Assembly: GCA_963847185.1 (NCBI GenBank)
Contig: CAWJYV010000010.1
Span: 96,001-160,000, forward strand
Reading direction: 5' to 3'
Origin: an uncultured Methanosarcinaceae archaeon
GTDB taxonomy: Archaea; Halobacteriota; Methanosarcinia; Methanosarcinales; Methanosarcinaceae
Length of the DNA: 64,000 bases
Both the position numbers and the translations under genes were made by a program. Shown here one piece after another: positions 31,821-42,083 of this stretch. The notes beneath the pieces are model-generated. The model saw only the letters and a list, made by a program, of their open reading frames with translations, did not search any database and had not been told where the DNA came from. How positions within the stretch are numbered: the first letter of the stretch is position 1; each line of letters starts with the position of its first letter.

Positions 31821-34223
31821 ATGAGAATCGGAGTCTATGTTTGCCACTGCGGGCTGAATATTGCAGGAGTAATAGACGTGGCAGCCCTTGAGGATATGGC
31901 AACTAAACTGGAAGATGTGGTGCTTGCCCGGGAAGTACAGTTTCTATGTTCCGATTCCGGACAGGAAGGCATCATCAAGGATATAAAAGAAAATAAAATC
32001 GACAGGGTCGTGATAGCTGCCTGCTCCCCAAGGCTGCACGAAAAGACCTTCAGGCACGTTATGGAGAAAGCCGGCCTGAATCCTTATCTTATGGAAATGG
32101 TAAATATCAGGGAGCAGTGTTCCTGGGTACACGCACATGATCCCCAGATGGCAACCCAGAAGGCTTTCGATCTTATCAGGATGGGAGTTGCAAAGGCCAG
32201 ATTCCTGAAAGAGCTGAATGCAACAAGTTCGAAAGCCAGCAAAAATGTTCTCATTATAGGAGGAGGAGTTGCAGGAATCGAGGCAGCTCTTAACCTTGCA
32301 GAATCCGGTTTTCCTGTAACCCTGGTGGAAAGAGAATCTACAATAGGAGGCAAAATGGCCCTGATGAATGAGGTCTTTCCAACAAATGACTGTTCTATCT
32401 GCGTGCTTGCTCCTAAAATGACGGAAGTCCAGAACCACCCTAATATCAAGCTTTACACATACTCCGAGGTCACCGATATCTCAGGCTCCGTAGGGAAATT
32501 CCACGTAAGAGTCAAACGCAAACCCAGATTCGTGCTTGAAGACAAATGCAAGGGCTGCATTGACCTCTGCTCGGCTGTCTGTCCTGTGGAAATTGAAAAT
32601 CCCATGAATTACGGGATTGGAAAGACGAGAGCCATATACATGCCAATTCCCCAGTCCGTTCCGCAGGTAGTGCTCATTGACCCTGATCATTGCGTTGGCT
32701 GCGGGCTCTGTATGCAGGCCTGTCCCGCAGATGCTGTTGATTACGAACAGAAGCCCGAAGAAATTGAGTTTGAAGCAGGTGCGGTAATCGTTTCAACAGG
32801 TTATCAGCTCTTTGATGCGTCAAGGAAAAAGGAATACGGATTTGGGAAGTATCCGGACGTAATTACGAACATGCAACTTGAACGCATGCTTAACTCCGCA
32901 GGGCCTACAGGAGGAAGAGTCCTTGTGCCTTCTACAGGCAAGCCTCCAAAAAGTGTAGCATTTATCCAGTGTGTAGGTTCAAGGGACAAAACTGTTGGAA
33001 ACGAGCACTGTTCAAGAGTCTGTTGCATGGCAGCCCTCAAGAACTCCCAGATGATCATGGAGCGCTACCCTGATACTGATATCACTATCCACTATATTGA
33101 TATCAGGGCTGCAGGCGAGATGTATGAAGAATATTACGTAAGGACTCAGGGAATGGGAGTGGACTTTATCCGCGGCAAGGTTGCAGAAATTTATGCTGCT
33201 GACGACGGGAGACCGGTAGTCCGTTATGAAAATACCCTTGAGTGCCGGGTCGAAGAAGAGGTTCACGACCTTGTTGTACTTTCAACAGGCTACGAGCCCA
33301 GCAAAGCCGCAGAGGGCATAGCCAGGATGTTAAACCTTGCACGGAGGCCGGACAGGTTCTTTGCAAGTGCCCACCCGAAAATGCGTCCTGTCGAAGCCCC
33401 TGTAAGCGGGGTTTTCCTGGCAGGCTGTGCTTCAGGACCTAAAGAAATTCAGGTTTCGATTGCCCAGGGCAGCGCATGTGCCGCCAAAGCTATGCAGCTG
33501 CTCGGCACAGGAGAGCTTGAAGCGGATCCAATGGGCGCGCATGTTGATTCTGAAAAGTGCATTGGGTGCAGAACATGTGTTGAAGTCTGCAAATTCGGAA
33601 AGATCAGTATTCAGGATAAAAAGGCTGTTGTGGATGAGGTCTCATGTCATGGCTGCGGAGACTGCAGTGCCGCATGCCCTGTAGGGGCAATCCAGATGCG
33701 AAACTTCGAAAACGAACAGATCCTTGCCCAGGTTCGAGCTGCAACTGCTCAGAAGTCCCAGTGTCCATTTATTGTAGCATTTCTCTGCAACTGGTGCAGC
33801 TATGCCTGCGCAGACCTGACAGGGATGTCCAGGCTCCATTACCCTACAAATATCCGGGTAATCCGTACGATGTGTTCTGCAAGGGTAAACCCAGAATTCG
33901 TGCTTGAAGCCCTTAAAGGAGGAGCTGACGGAGTACTTGTTGCAGGCTGCAGGATGGACGAGTGTCACTATATCCATGGGAATTTTGACGCGAAAAAACG
34001 GATGGACGTTTTAAAGGAAGTTGTAAAGGAAATAGGGCTTGATCCAAAAAGGCTCCGAACCCTCTGGATCTCTGCTGCCGAAGGAGAACGGTTCTCGAAC
34101 ACGATAACTGAATTTGTGCATGAACTTGAAGAAATAGGGCCAATAGGAACCGAGCTGATGCAGAAAGAAACCGGGGATGAAGTTGAACAAGAAACCACCG
34201 AATTTGAGGAGGTGGCACAGTGA
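31821..34223 (+). CDS. hdrA: Heterodisulfide reductase subunit A fused to an MvhD domain (HdrA2-type)
   Basis: RIGVYVCHCG, NIREQCSWVH, GGGVAG FAD motif, CSRVCC; C-terminal FLCNWCSY...MCSARV...GC...CHY MvhD. Confidence 0.95.
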   Translation: MRIGVYVCHCGLNIAGVIDVAALEDMATKLEDVVLAREVQFLCSDSGQEGIIKDIKENKIDRVVIAACSPRLHEKTFRHVMEKAGLNPYLMEMVNIREQCSWVHAHDPQMATQKAFDLIRMGVAKARFLKELNATSSKASKNVLIIGGGVAGIEAALNLAESGFPVTLVERESTIGGKMALMNEVFPTNDCSICVLAPKMTEVQNHPNIKLYTYSEVTDISGSVGKFHVRVKRKPRFVLEDKCKGCIDLCSAVCPVEIENPMNYGIGKTRAIYMPIPQSVPQVVLIDPDHCVGCGLCMQACPADAVDYEQKPEEIEFEAGAVIVSTGYQLFDASRKKEYGFGKYPDVITNMQLERMLNSAGPTGGRVLVPSTGKPPKSVAFIQCVGSRDKTVGNEHCSRVCCMAALKNSQMIMERYPDTDITIHYIDIRAAGEMYEEYYVRTQGMGVDFIRGKVAEIYAADDGRPVVRYENTLECRVEEEVHDLVVLSTGYEPSKAAEGIARMLNLARRPDRFFASAHPKMRPVEAPVSGVFLAGCASGPKEIQVSIAQGSACAAKAMQLLGTGELEADPMGAHVDSEKCIGCRTCVEVCKFGKISIQDKKAVVDEVSCHGCGDCSAACPVGAIQMRNFENEQILAQVRAATAQKSQCPFIVAFLCNWCSYACADLTGMSRLHYPTNIRVIRTMCSARVNPEFVLEALKGGADGVLVAGCRMDECHYIHGNFDAKKRMDVLKEVVKEIGLDPKRLRTLWISAAEGERFSNTITEFVHELEEIGPIGTELMQKETGDEVEQETTEFEEVAQ

Positions 34224-35710
34224 GCGAGGAGCATCCTGAACAGGAAACTCACGTATGCAAAGGGTGCTGCGAAGCCTGTGAAGCTGAATCGGAAAATCCT
34301 GAGACCGGAGAAACCTTAACCGAAGATTTGGAACTTGAGAAATTTAAACTGGAGGGGTTTGAATCCGAAAAACCCGAAACTGCAGTGTCTGAAAACAGTG
34401 AAAACGAAAATCAGGAAAAAATCACAGTTACCAACAGTATGGATCTGCAGGGTTCCCATTTTCTCTATACTCAGGCAACCGAGAAGTCCATCAAGACTCT
34501 GGACTACGACTATAAACGCTGTAACGGCTGCGGAATCTGTGTGGAAATCTGTCCCACAAAAGCTCTTGAACTCGGGCCTGTACACGAAATCGCAACCGGA
34601 CTCGATGCACCTGCTGTGATGATGGACCTTGAGAAATGCACCTTCTGCAGGATGTGCTCAAACCTTTGCCCTGTCCATGCCATTACCTTTGAGGCTGTGG
34701 GAGAGGTTCCTGATGAGAAAAAGTATCCAAAATATGACACTTATGTGAATATCAATGAGAAATGCCTTCCCTGTGCTCTCTGTGAAGGGGCCTGCCCGCA
34801 GGACGCAATCGAAGTTGAGTTTACTTTCCCGAAAAAAGAAGAAATAGCACCTTTCAAAGAAGGGGTGGAAGGAGAGATAGAAATTGATACTGAGAAGTGC
34901 AATTTCTGCGGGATCTGTGCCCGCTTCTGTGACGCTTTTCTCCTGCTTGAGCGCGAGCCAACACCTGAAAATCCTGTGCCATTTGAGCAGCTCTTCGTTG
35001 ATGAGGATAAATGTGACTACTGCGTGCTCTGCCAGGACATCTGCCCTGAGGAAGCAATAAAAGTCAAAGGGGAACGCCCCTGTGAAGCCCCTAAAGTTGA
35101 AGGAAAAGTCAAGGTAGACGAGCTTAAGTGTACGCAGTGCGCCCGCTGCAAAGCTGTCTGTCCCTACGAAGCTGTAGAGCTTCAAAAACCCATGGAAGGA
35201 GAACTGAGCCTTATTGAAGTTAACCTTAAAGAGTGCGACCCCCAGGGCTGTCGCGGCTGCTTTAACGTATGTCCCTCGAATCTCTGGTATGTGCCAACTG
35301 ACCCCAATGACCCGCGCAAGATTGCTTTTGCTGAGGATTTCTGCACATACTGCGGAGCCTGCGTAAAGGCCTGCCATCTGGCAGCTATCAATGTGGAAAG
35401 AACCGATATCCATCACACCGAAATTCCCGACACTCCCTGGGCTGCCCAGTGGAAGGACGCAATCGAGTCCCTGAAAACAGGAGTCAGAAAAGGAGTTGAT
35501 AGGGCTGTATTCAGGGAAACCGAGACTTTTAAAGCTCAGAAGTTTATGGGCGTGGAGTTTCCGTGTGTTAACGAAGAAATGCTTTCAGCCGTGCAGGCAA
35601 AGATAGATGCCTTGATGCCAGCTCTCAGGAGTGCAAAGGTCAGGAAACTCTGGGAAACTGACTCCCCGGAAAATGCCGCAGCAGCCGTGAAAAAGAAAAT
35701 TGAAGGCTGA
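34220..35710 (+). CDS. Polyferredoxin (MvhB/FwdF-like)
   Basis: Eight CxxCxxCxxxC(P)-type motifs; GTGA overlap with hdrA. Confidence 0.9.
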   Translation: MSEEHPEQETHVCKGCCEACEAESENPETGETLTEDLELEKFKLEGFESEKPETAVSENSENENQEKITVTNSMDLQGSHFLYTQATEKSIKTLDYDYKRCNGCGICVEICPTKALELGPVHEIATGLDAPAVMMDLEKCTFCRMCSNLCPVHAITFEAVGEVPDEKKYPKYDTYVNINEKCLPCALCEGACPQDAIEVEFTFPKKEEIAPFKEGVEGEIEIDTEKCNFCGICARFCDAFLLLEREPTPENPVPFEQLFVDEDKCDYCVLCQDICPEEAIKVKGERPCEAPKVEGKVKVDELKCTQCARCKAVCPYEAVELQKPMEGELSLIEVNLKECDPQGCRGCFNVCPSNLWYVPTDPNDPRKIAFAEDFCTYCGACVKACHLAAINVERTDIHHTEIPDTPWAAQWKDAIESLKTGVRKGVDRAVFRETETFKAQKFMGVEFPCVNEEMLSAVQAKIDALMPALRSAKVRKLWETDSPENAAAAVKKKIEG

Positions 35711-35908
35711 AAGGCAAAATAATAACGAAAAAACTAAATAAAAGAAATCTAAGAAAGGAAAATGAACAAATTTGAACTCTAGAGGCTGGAGTCATATTTT
35801 TTCCCTGAAATCGGCCTCAGAGCTCATATTTCTCCTTAATCTCATATTTCTCCTTAATATTTACACATTTACTTAAAATTTGTACTTTCCTCAAGACTCG
35901 CACTTTCT

Positions 35909-36361
35909 TTAAGGCTTACGCTTTTCTCTTACAACTATAACCGGCACTTTTGAGTGACGTGTAACGTTTCCTGCAACACTGCCCAAAAGCAGCCGGTCAA
36001 GCCCTGTTTTTCCAAGAGTACCCATAACAATTATGTCCATTCCATTTTCTTCTGCGTACCTGATAAGCTCATCTGCAGGATGTCCTTCGAGCAGGACGGA
36101 TTCTACAGTGACCCCTTCCATCTTTCCTATGCCTTTTATATAATTCAGAGCCTCGTATCCTTCTGTTCTCAACGATTCATACACTCTTTTCCAATCAAAA
36201 TCCACAGCTTTGGAAGAAAAGTAATCTTTTGGTATCACATATACAGCATAAATCGTTCCTCTGCTCAATTTGGCAAGCTCGATCCCGTAATTTGCAGCAA
36301 GCCTTGAGCAGACCGATCCATCAGTTGCAACCATTATTTTCTTAAAACTAATGTTTCCCAT
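35909..36361 (-). CDS. Universal stress protein
   Basis: KKIMVATDGS and GTLGKTGLDRLLLGSVA motifs. Confidence 0.92.
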   Translation of the reverse strand: MGNISFKKIMVATDGSVCSRLAANYGIELAKLSRGTIYAVYVIPKDYFSSKAVDFDWKRVYESLRTEGYEALNYIKGIGKMEGVTVESVLLEGHPADELIRYAEENGMDIIVMGTLGKTGLDRLLLGSVAGNVTRHSKVPVIVVREKRKP

Positions 36362-36612
36362 ATAGAATCCCTGATTACTTTATCTGCCTGCATTAATATA
36401 ATATCATCGAGATTCAGGAAGTGAACTTTTCTTATTGAATGGAGGTTGCAGGTCATGCCTTAATGTAACCTGGCACTATGATGGGTAAAGCCTTTAAGAA
36501 TATCTGGATCGCTTTCAGAGAGAAGTTTCCACGCACGATAAATTTCCGCCCCTTTATATCTCGATGTTGCTTGATGAAGAAAAGGGTAGTGATGTGAAAG
36601 GAGGCCAAATTA

Positions 36613-36861
36613 TTGCTTCCGGAGAAGCTGCAACTGATTCAAAACTATAATCCAAAAACTATACTTCTATATATGGGAGGAAATTATTGTATAATCATGG
36701 CAGGCTTTCTTGGGAATTTCCTCTCCGGTTTGAGACAAAATATTCCATATTTAAAAGACCACGATGTAAGTTCAGAAGTAGTTATCGGAATATTTATGCA
36801 TTTGTTCATTTTCCTTTGCTTTATCATCTTATTTTACTTGCTGGTAAGAAAATTCATGTGA
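36613..36861 (+). CDS. Small membrane protein; start may be 36697
   Basis: C-terminal hydrophobic helix; GGAGG 8 nt before TTG. Confidence 0.45.
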   Translation: MLPEKLQLIQNYNPKTILLYMGGNYCIIMAGFLGNFLSGLRQNIPYLKDHDVSSEVVIGIFMHLFIFLCFIILFYLLVRKFM

Positions 36862-37025
36862 CTTTGAAAGGCGGCGATTTAGAGCCTGCCTGAAACTTCA
36901 TATTTTCCCGTCAATTTTCGCTATGAAAACAGTGTCTATGGCTGACCAGGTTACGCTGCCAGCTGCTCATACGGAAATCCATTTTTATTCGAAAGCAGGC
37001 TCTTCGATTTGGACTCAATTACACC

Positions 37026-37108
37026 AGTGTCGCGTCAGCGATAAAATATCGTATAAATCCAATTACGACCATTCAGAATTTTTCAATCCTGATGATTGAC
37101 GCGACACT
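37026..37108. mobile_element. Very short MITE-like element
   Basis: Perfect 12-bp IR AGTGTCGCGTCA / TGACGCGACACT. Confidence 0.6.
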
Positions 37109-37241
37109 TGAACTGGGCCTTATTATTCTTTTGGCTCTATGCGCTTTTCTTCTGCATTTGTATTGTGATATAGTGACATTGACATTTGGTACGGTAAAAA
37201 ATAATATGTTTTCAGGCGCTTGCACAATTGTCCTGAACTTT

Positions 37242-37664
37242 TTAAAATGTCAATAATTGCTGTTTTATATCTGGCAAAGAAAAATGGCCATGTACCAGGA
37301 GCCATTTGTTTTCTCGTTTCTCAAGAATCTTTGTAACTCTAGCTGGGAAAAATAGATTATATCCTTTTATTTTTGCTTTGAACATAGAGTCAATGGCCAC
37401 CCAGGCCACCGTACCAGCGGCTGAAACAGAAATTTTATTGTACTCAAGAGACAAAGTCTCGGTTTGAGCCCAATCACGTTCAAGCTGGGTTTGAATCTCC
37501 TTCAAGCCTACCCTCTTCTCATCTGCTTCGGTACCATATATAATAACATCAGCATCTGGCGCAATAAGGGACATTACACCTCTCATGTCGCGTTTCGTAT
37601 AACTCTCGGCAAATTTTTCCAGAAAAGCCATAACCGCTTTTTCGGTCAGATTATCTGCTTTCAT
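37242..37664 (-). CDS. SnoaL/NTF2-like protein, paralog 1
   Basis: Aligns to 37915-38331; W.lvHgHFS C-terminus; start set by paralog alignment. Confidence 0.85.
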   Translation of the reverse strand: MKADNLTEKAVMAFLEKFAESYTKRDMRGVMSLIAPDADVIIYGTEADEKRVGLKEIQTQLERDWAQTETLSLEYNKISVSAAGTVAWVAIDSMFKAKIKGYNLFFPARVTKILEKRENKWLLVHGHFSLPDIKQQLLTF

Positions 37665-37914
37665 TCTGTTTTTTCTCCGCAAAGATAAACTAATATATAA
37701 TTGACAGTTTAAGAGTTGAAATACTACTTCTTACTAAAGATATTAAGTATATTATAATGTTTGTATGTAAATTATTTTATTATGTCATATCGGAAAACCT
37801 GAATAAGTTACTGGGATAGAAAATACAGAAAATAAGGGTAATAAGTAAAAAGTAAAAAAGTAGTAAGTAAAAAATATAAGAGTCGAATCTATTTTTGATT
37901 CACAAAAGGATTAT

Positions 37915-38331
37915 TTAATCAAAGAATTGACTCTGATCAGGGAAAGAAAAGTGGCCCTGTACTATTAGCCATTTGTCCCCACGCTTTTCAAAGACCTTTG
38001 TGACCCTGGCCTGAAATTTCGTCTTTTTTCCGTCAATCTTCGCTCTAAAAACAGCATCTATGGCTACCCAGGCTACATCGCCGGCGGCAGAAATGGAAGT
38101 CCAGTTGTACTCAAGAGCAGGTTCTTCAATTTGAGACCAATCACGCTCGAACTGAGCCTTTATTTTCTCCGGCCCTACACATTTCTCATCCGCACCGGTG
38201 CCGTACATAACTACATCTGCATCAGGTGCAATAAGAGACATTGCACTTTTCAAATCGCGTTTAGCATAACTCTCGGCAAACTTTTCCAGAACATCCCTTA
38301 CTGCTTTTTCGGTTTCACTATCTGCTTTCAT
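37915..38331 (-). CDS. SnoaL/NTF2-like protein, paralog 2
   Basis: APDADVVMYGTGADE, AAGDVAWV, KRGDKWLIVQGHFS. Confidence 0.85.
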   Translation of the reverse strand: MKADSETEKAVRDVLEKFAESYAKRDLKSAMSLIAPDADVVMYGTGADEKCVGPEKIKAQFERDWSQIEEPALEYNWTSISAAGDVAWVAIDAVFRAKIDGKKTKFQARVTKVFEKRGDKWLIVQGHFSFPDQSQFFD

Positions 38332-38890
38332 TATATCTTCCTCAAAATAATAACCTATTCATAATGACAGTCTAAGAATTTAAAGATATTTCTTTTTTTA
38401 ATTTTGGTATATGTAATTTCACAAGATAAGATTTAGAGTCATTTCATGGCTAGTTATCACAAAAATAACTTTTTTAGCCAGAAATTGATTTGAAATATTG
38501 CATTTTTTTCTGTTTATGTTCTATTTGTGTTCTGTTTGTATTCTGTTTGTGTTCTGTTAATAGATACCTTTATACATCCTACCGCACCTTTTACATTAAG
38601 TTTCTTACTGATTATTACCGATAACTGTTAATGAAGCACCTAAAAGAGCTAAGAGAGGAATCAAGCGCAGAAGAAAGTTTGAAGGAAAAATACAAAATAA
38701 CGAGCCGATGGACTTAAAACTGAAGGAAGAACAAAAAGAAGCGGATTCTAAAGAATTGGGAAGAATTTAAAAAGAATTAACGGTAATTAAGGAAAATTCA
38801 AGAGAATTAAGGATAATTAATGAAATAAAGATTATAATAAAAAATTAAAGAGGATTTTAACGCGCTTCCTGCTTAGATTCGGGTGAAAAT

Positions 38891-40792
38891 ATGGAAAAAT
38901 ACGATTATAGTGAACTAGGGCTGAAAGCCGGGCTTGAAATTCACCAGCAGCTGGATTCGAAGAAGAAACTTTTCTGCAGGTGTCCGACTCTGATCAGGGA
39001 TATCGGGGATTCTAATTTTGAGTTTTTCAGGTATCTCAGGGCTACGGAAAGTGAGATGGGAGAAAAGGACAGGGCTGCGGTAGAGCAGACAAAGGTCAGG
39101 AGGAAGTATATCTATAAGGCTTATGACACGACCTGTCTTATAGAAAACGATGAAGAGCCTCCGAGAGAACTCAACGTGGAAGCTTTGGATATTTCCCTTG
39201 GGGTTGCAAAACTTTTCCATATGAAACCTGTAGACCAGATGCATGTCATGAGGAAAATAGTAGTCGACGGGTCTAACACAAGCGGTTTTCAAAGGACAGC
39301 TTTTCTTGCAAGCGATGGATATATAGAAACATCTGAAGGTCGTTGCGGGATTGACAGCCTGTGTGTGGAAGAGGAAGCTGCTCAGAAAATTGAGGAAATA
39401 GGGGATTCAATCATTTATTCCCTGGACAGGCTTGGAATTCCGCTTGTGGAAATTGCGACTGCCCCGGATATTAAAACTCCTCGTCACGCAAGAGAGGTTG
39501 CTGAACATATAGGGATGATCCTCAGGTCGACAGGGAAAGTAAAGAGAGGACTTGGCACAATCAGGCAGGACGTGAATATCTCGATTGCCAGAGGTGCAAG
39601 GGTGGAAATAAAGGGAGTACAGGCCCTTGACCTAATAGAAGATATTGTCCGCAGGGAAGTTGAAAGGCAGCTGAATCTTCTTTTTATCAGGCAGGATCTT
39701 ATGGAAAGAAAGGCCTTTGTCTGTGAAGAGATCTATGATGTAACAGGCCTGTTCATTGATACAAAGTCCAAAGTTCTTCAGAAAGGTGTAAAGAAAGGAG
39801 CAATTCTTGCTGCTCTCCTCAGAAAGTTCAATGGACTTGTTGGCAAAGAAGTCCAGCCCGGAAGAAGGCTCGGGACCGAATTTTCGGACAGGGCGAAGAC
39901 TGCAGGAGTAGGAGGAGTTTTTCATACGGATGAACTTCCTAATTATGGAATCACGGAAAAGGAAGTTAAGGCCCTGAGAGACGCCATTGGTGCAGGTCCC
40001 GATGACGCCATAATAATGGTTTCGGACGAACCTGAGAAATCCAGGCTCGCAATTGAAGCGGTTATTGCGAGGGCTAAAGAAGCTCTCGAAGGAATCCCTG
40101 AAGAAACCCGAAAAGCCCTTCCTGATGGAAATACAGCTTATATGCGCCCCCTACCAGGCGCTGCAAGGATGTACCCTGAAACCGATGTTCCTCAGGTAGA
40201 GATTTCTCAGGAATATTTTGATTCGATTGAAACTCCCGAGCTCCTGACGGACAGAGCAAAGCGTTTTACCACGGAAAACGGGCTGAATAAAGAGCTCGCA
40301 GAAAAAATAGCTTACTCAAAGTATCTTCCCCTTTTTGAAAACCTTATCGAGATCTACAGGAAAGACGAAAACGTAAATTCAACTTTGATTGCCAGGACTC
40401 TTGTAGGGCTCGTTCCTGAACTCCGAAGAAACGGAGTTGAAACCGATGAACTTTCAGATGAACATTTCAAAGGGCTTTTTGCGGCTATTTCAAATCAGGA
40501 AATTGCAAAAGAAGCTATTCAGGACCTTTTGACTGCTCTTGCAAAAGAGCCTGAATTGAGTACGCAGGAAGCGGTATCAAAACTCGGGCTCAGTGCCTTT
40601 GACCCTGAGGAAGTCGAGAATTTCATCAAAAAAATGGTTCGTGAAAAAGGAGATTTTATTAAGGAGAAAGGTCCTGCAGCCCTGGGTCCTTTGATGGGAA
40701 TTGTCATGAAGGAGTATAGAGGTACTGTAGACGGGAAAATTCTCAGCCATATGTTGAAAAAAGAGATAGATAATTTTATTAATCAGGGATAA
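38891..40792 (+). CDS. gatE: Glutamyl-tRNA(Gln) amidotransferase subunit E
   Basis: [44 protein letters not shown]. Confidence 0.97.
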   Translation: MEKYDYSELGLKAGLEIHQQLDSKKKLFCRCPTLIRDIGDSNFEFFRYLRATESEMGEKDRAAVEQTKVRRKYIYKAYDTTCLIENDEEPPRELNVEALDISLGVAKLFHMKPVDQMHVMRKIVVDGSNTSGFQRTAFLASDGYIETSEGRCGIDSLCVEEEAAQKIEEIGDSIIYSLDRLGIPLVEIATAPDIKTPRHAREVAEHIGMILRSTGKVKRGLGTIRQDVNISIARGARVEIKGVQALDLIEDIVRREVERQLNLLFIRQDLMERKAFVCEEIYDVTGLFIDTKSKVLQKGVKKGAILAALLRKFNGLVGKEVQPGRRLGTEFSDRAKTAGVGGVFHTDELPNYGITEKEVKALRDAIGAGPDDAIIMVSDEPEKSRLAIEAVIARAKEALEGIPEETRKALPDGNTAYMRPLPGAARMYPETDVPQVEISQEYFDSIETPELLTDRAKRFTTENGLNKELAEKIAYSKYLPLFENLIEIYRKDENVNSTLIARTLVGLVPELRRNGVETDELSDEHFKGLFAAISNQEIAKEAIQDLLTALAKEPELSTQEAVSKLGLSAFDPEEVENFIKKMVREKGDFIKEKGPAALGPLMGIVMKEYRGTVDGKILSHMLKKEIDNFINQG

Positions 40793-41417
40793 ACTCCTGC
40801 TTTTTTCTTCTTTTTTACTTTTTTCTCTATTTCATTTCTTATTCTCTATTTCATTTTTCCTTTTCTCTATTCATTTCTTTTTCTCTATTCATTTCTCCTT
40901 TTTTCTCTCTCTTCTTATCTATCCTTTCCAAGGAGATAAAAAGAATATAATTTAAAGATCAGGTGGTTTATAGAAATATATATCACTACGTTTCATTTTT
41001 TCTTTTCAAAAATAATTAATAGTTAAAAGTGAGGATTTAAGGCTTTGGTATTGTGCGTAAAAAGAAATATTTTTATACATGCCAATTCTATTGAATTCAT
41101 TATTATAAAACGGTCTATATAACGGTCATCTGCAAAACATTCTGTCTTATCTTCCAGCTATGAAATAAATCTGCATAGTCTGTATCTGGAAGATAGCAAT
41201 TTGAATAAGTGATACAAACTGTCTGAATTTCAAAAATTAAATATACTTCATCAAATGTAAATATTAAATATATTATGTAATTCCAGGCCTGACTGTAGCA
41301 CTTTCTGGTTCTGGCTCGGTGCTGCCAAAAATAGTTTAAAACCCCCAATTCTCTAATCACAAAAGAGATGTGGAAGTTCCAGAGCAAAAATACAAAATAA
41401 TACTAAGGAGATTCCTT

Positions 41418-41804
41418 ATGAAAGTACTGCTTGTAGACGACGACCCCTTGTTTTTGGAGTTATCTCAAACCTTTCTGGAAGTTTTCCACCATATAGCCTC
41501 TGATACTGTGGACTCTGCCAGGGAAGCGCTCCAGAAGCTGGAGAAGGACTCCTATGATGTCGTAATTTCGGATTATGATATGCCTTTCATGGATGGGATC
41601 ACCTTCCTGAGGACAATCCGTAATAAAAGTATCAATATTCCTTTTATCCTGTTTACGGGAGTAAGCAAAGATGAAGTTATACATCAGGCAATAGAAAACG
41701 GTGTAAATTCTTTTATTCAAAAAATAGGAGATCCAAAAGCCCAGTATTCCGAATTATCAAAGAGTATCTGGCAGGTTGTAAGTGGTAGCAGTTCAATTTG
41801 CTAA
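41418..41804 (+). CDS. Single-domain response regulator (REC)
   Basis: VLLVDDD, SDYDMPFMDG, ILFTG, FIQK; AGGAG SD before ATG 41418. Confidence 0.9.
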   Translation: MKVLLVDDDPLFLELSQTFLEVFHHIASDTVDSAREALQKLEKDSYDVVISDYDMPFMDGITFLRTIRNKSINIPFILFTGVSKDEVIHQAIENGVNSFIQKIGDPKAQYSELSKSIWQVVSGSSSIC

Positions 41805-42083
41805 AAAGCGAAAACTGTTTTAATATTATAATAGCTGGTAAGTTAGGTAAACTATAGTGTGTCATTTATTTCTCTAATTTTTTGACTTTTCCTTTGAAAT
41901 CCATTTTTAATCTGATTTTTGATGTACTATAATTTTTTATTATATTATGCGGGGCTGATTATTCAACTGCTTTTAAAACACAATATTTAAACTGGATGAC
42001 AGTTTTATTCATGAAATTACTGTGTCATAACTTTATACTATAGTTAACTCAAAAGGGTTATAAAAAATTACAAACTGATCCCT

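Noticed and set aside
31944-35416. Numerous antisense ORFs within hdrA and polyferredoxin, and likewise in other genes
   Set aside because: Overlap well-supported genes; typical shadow ORFs
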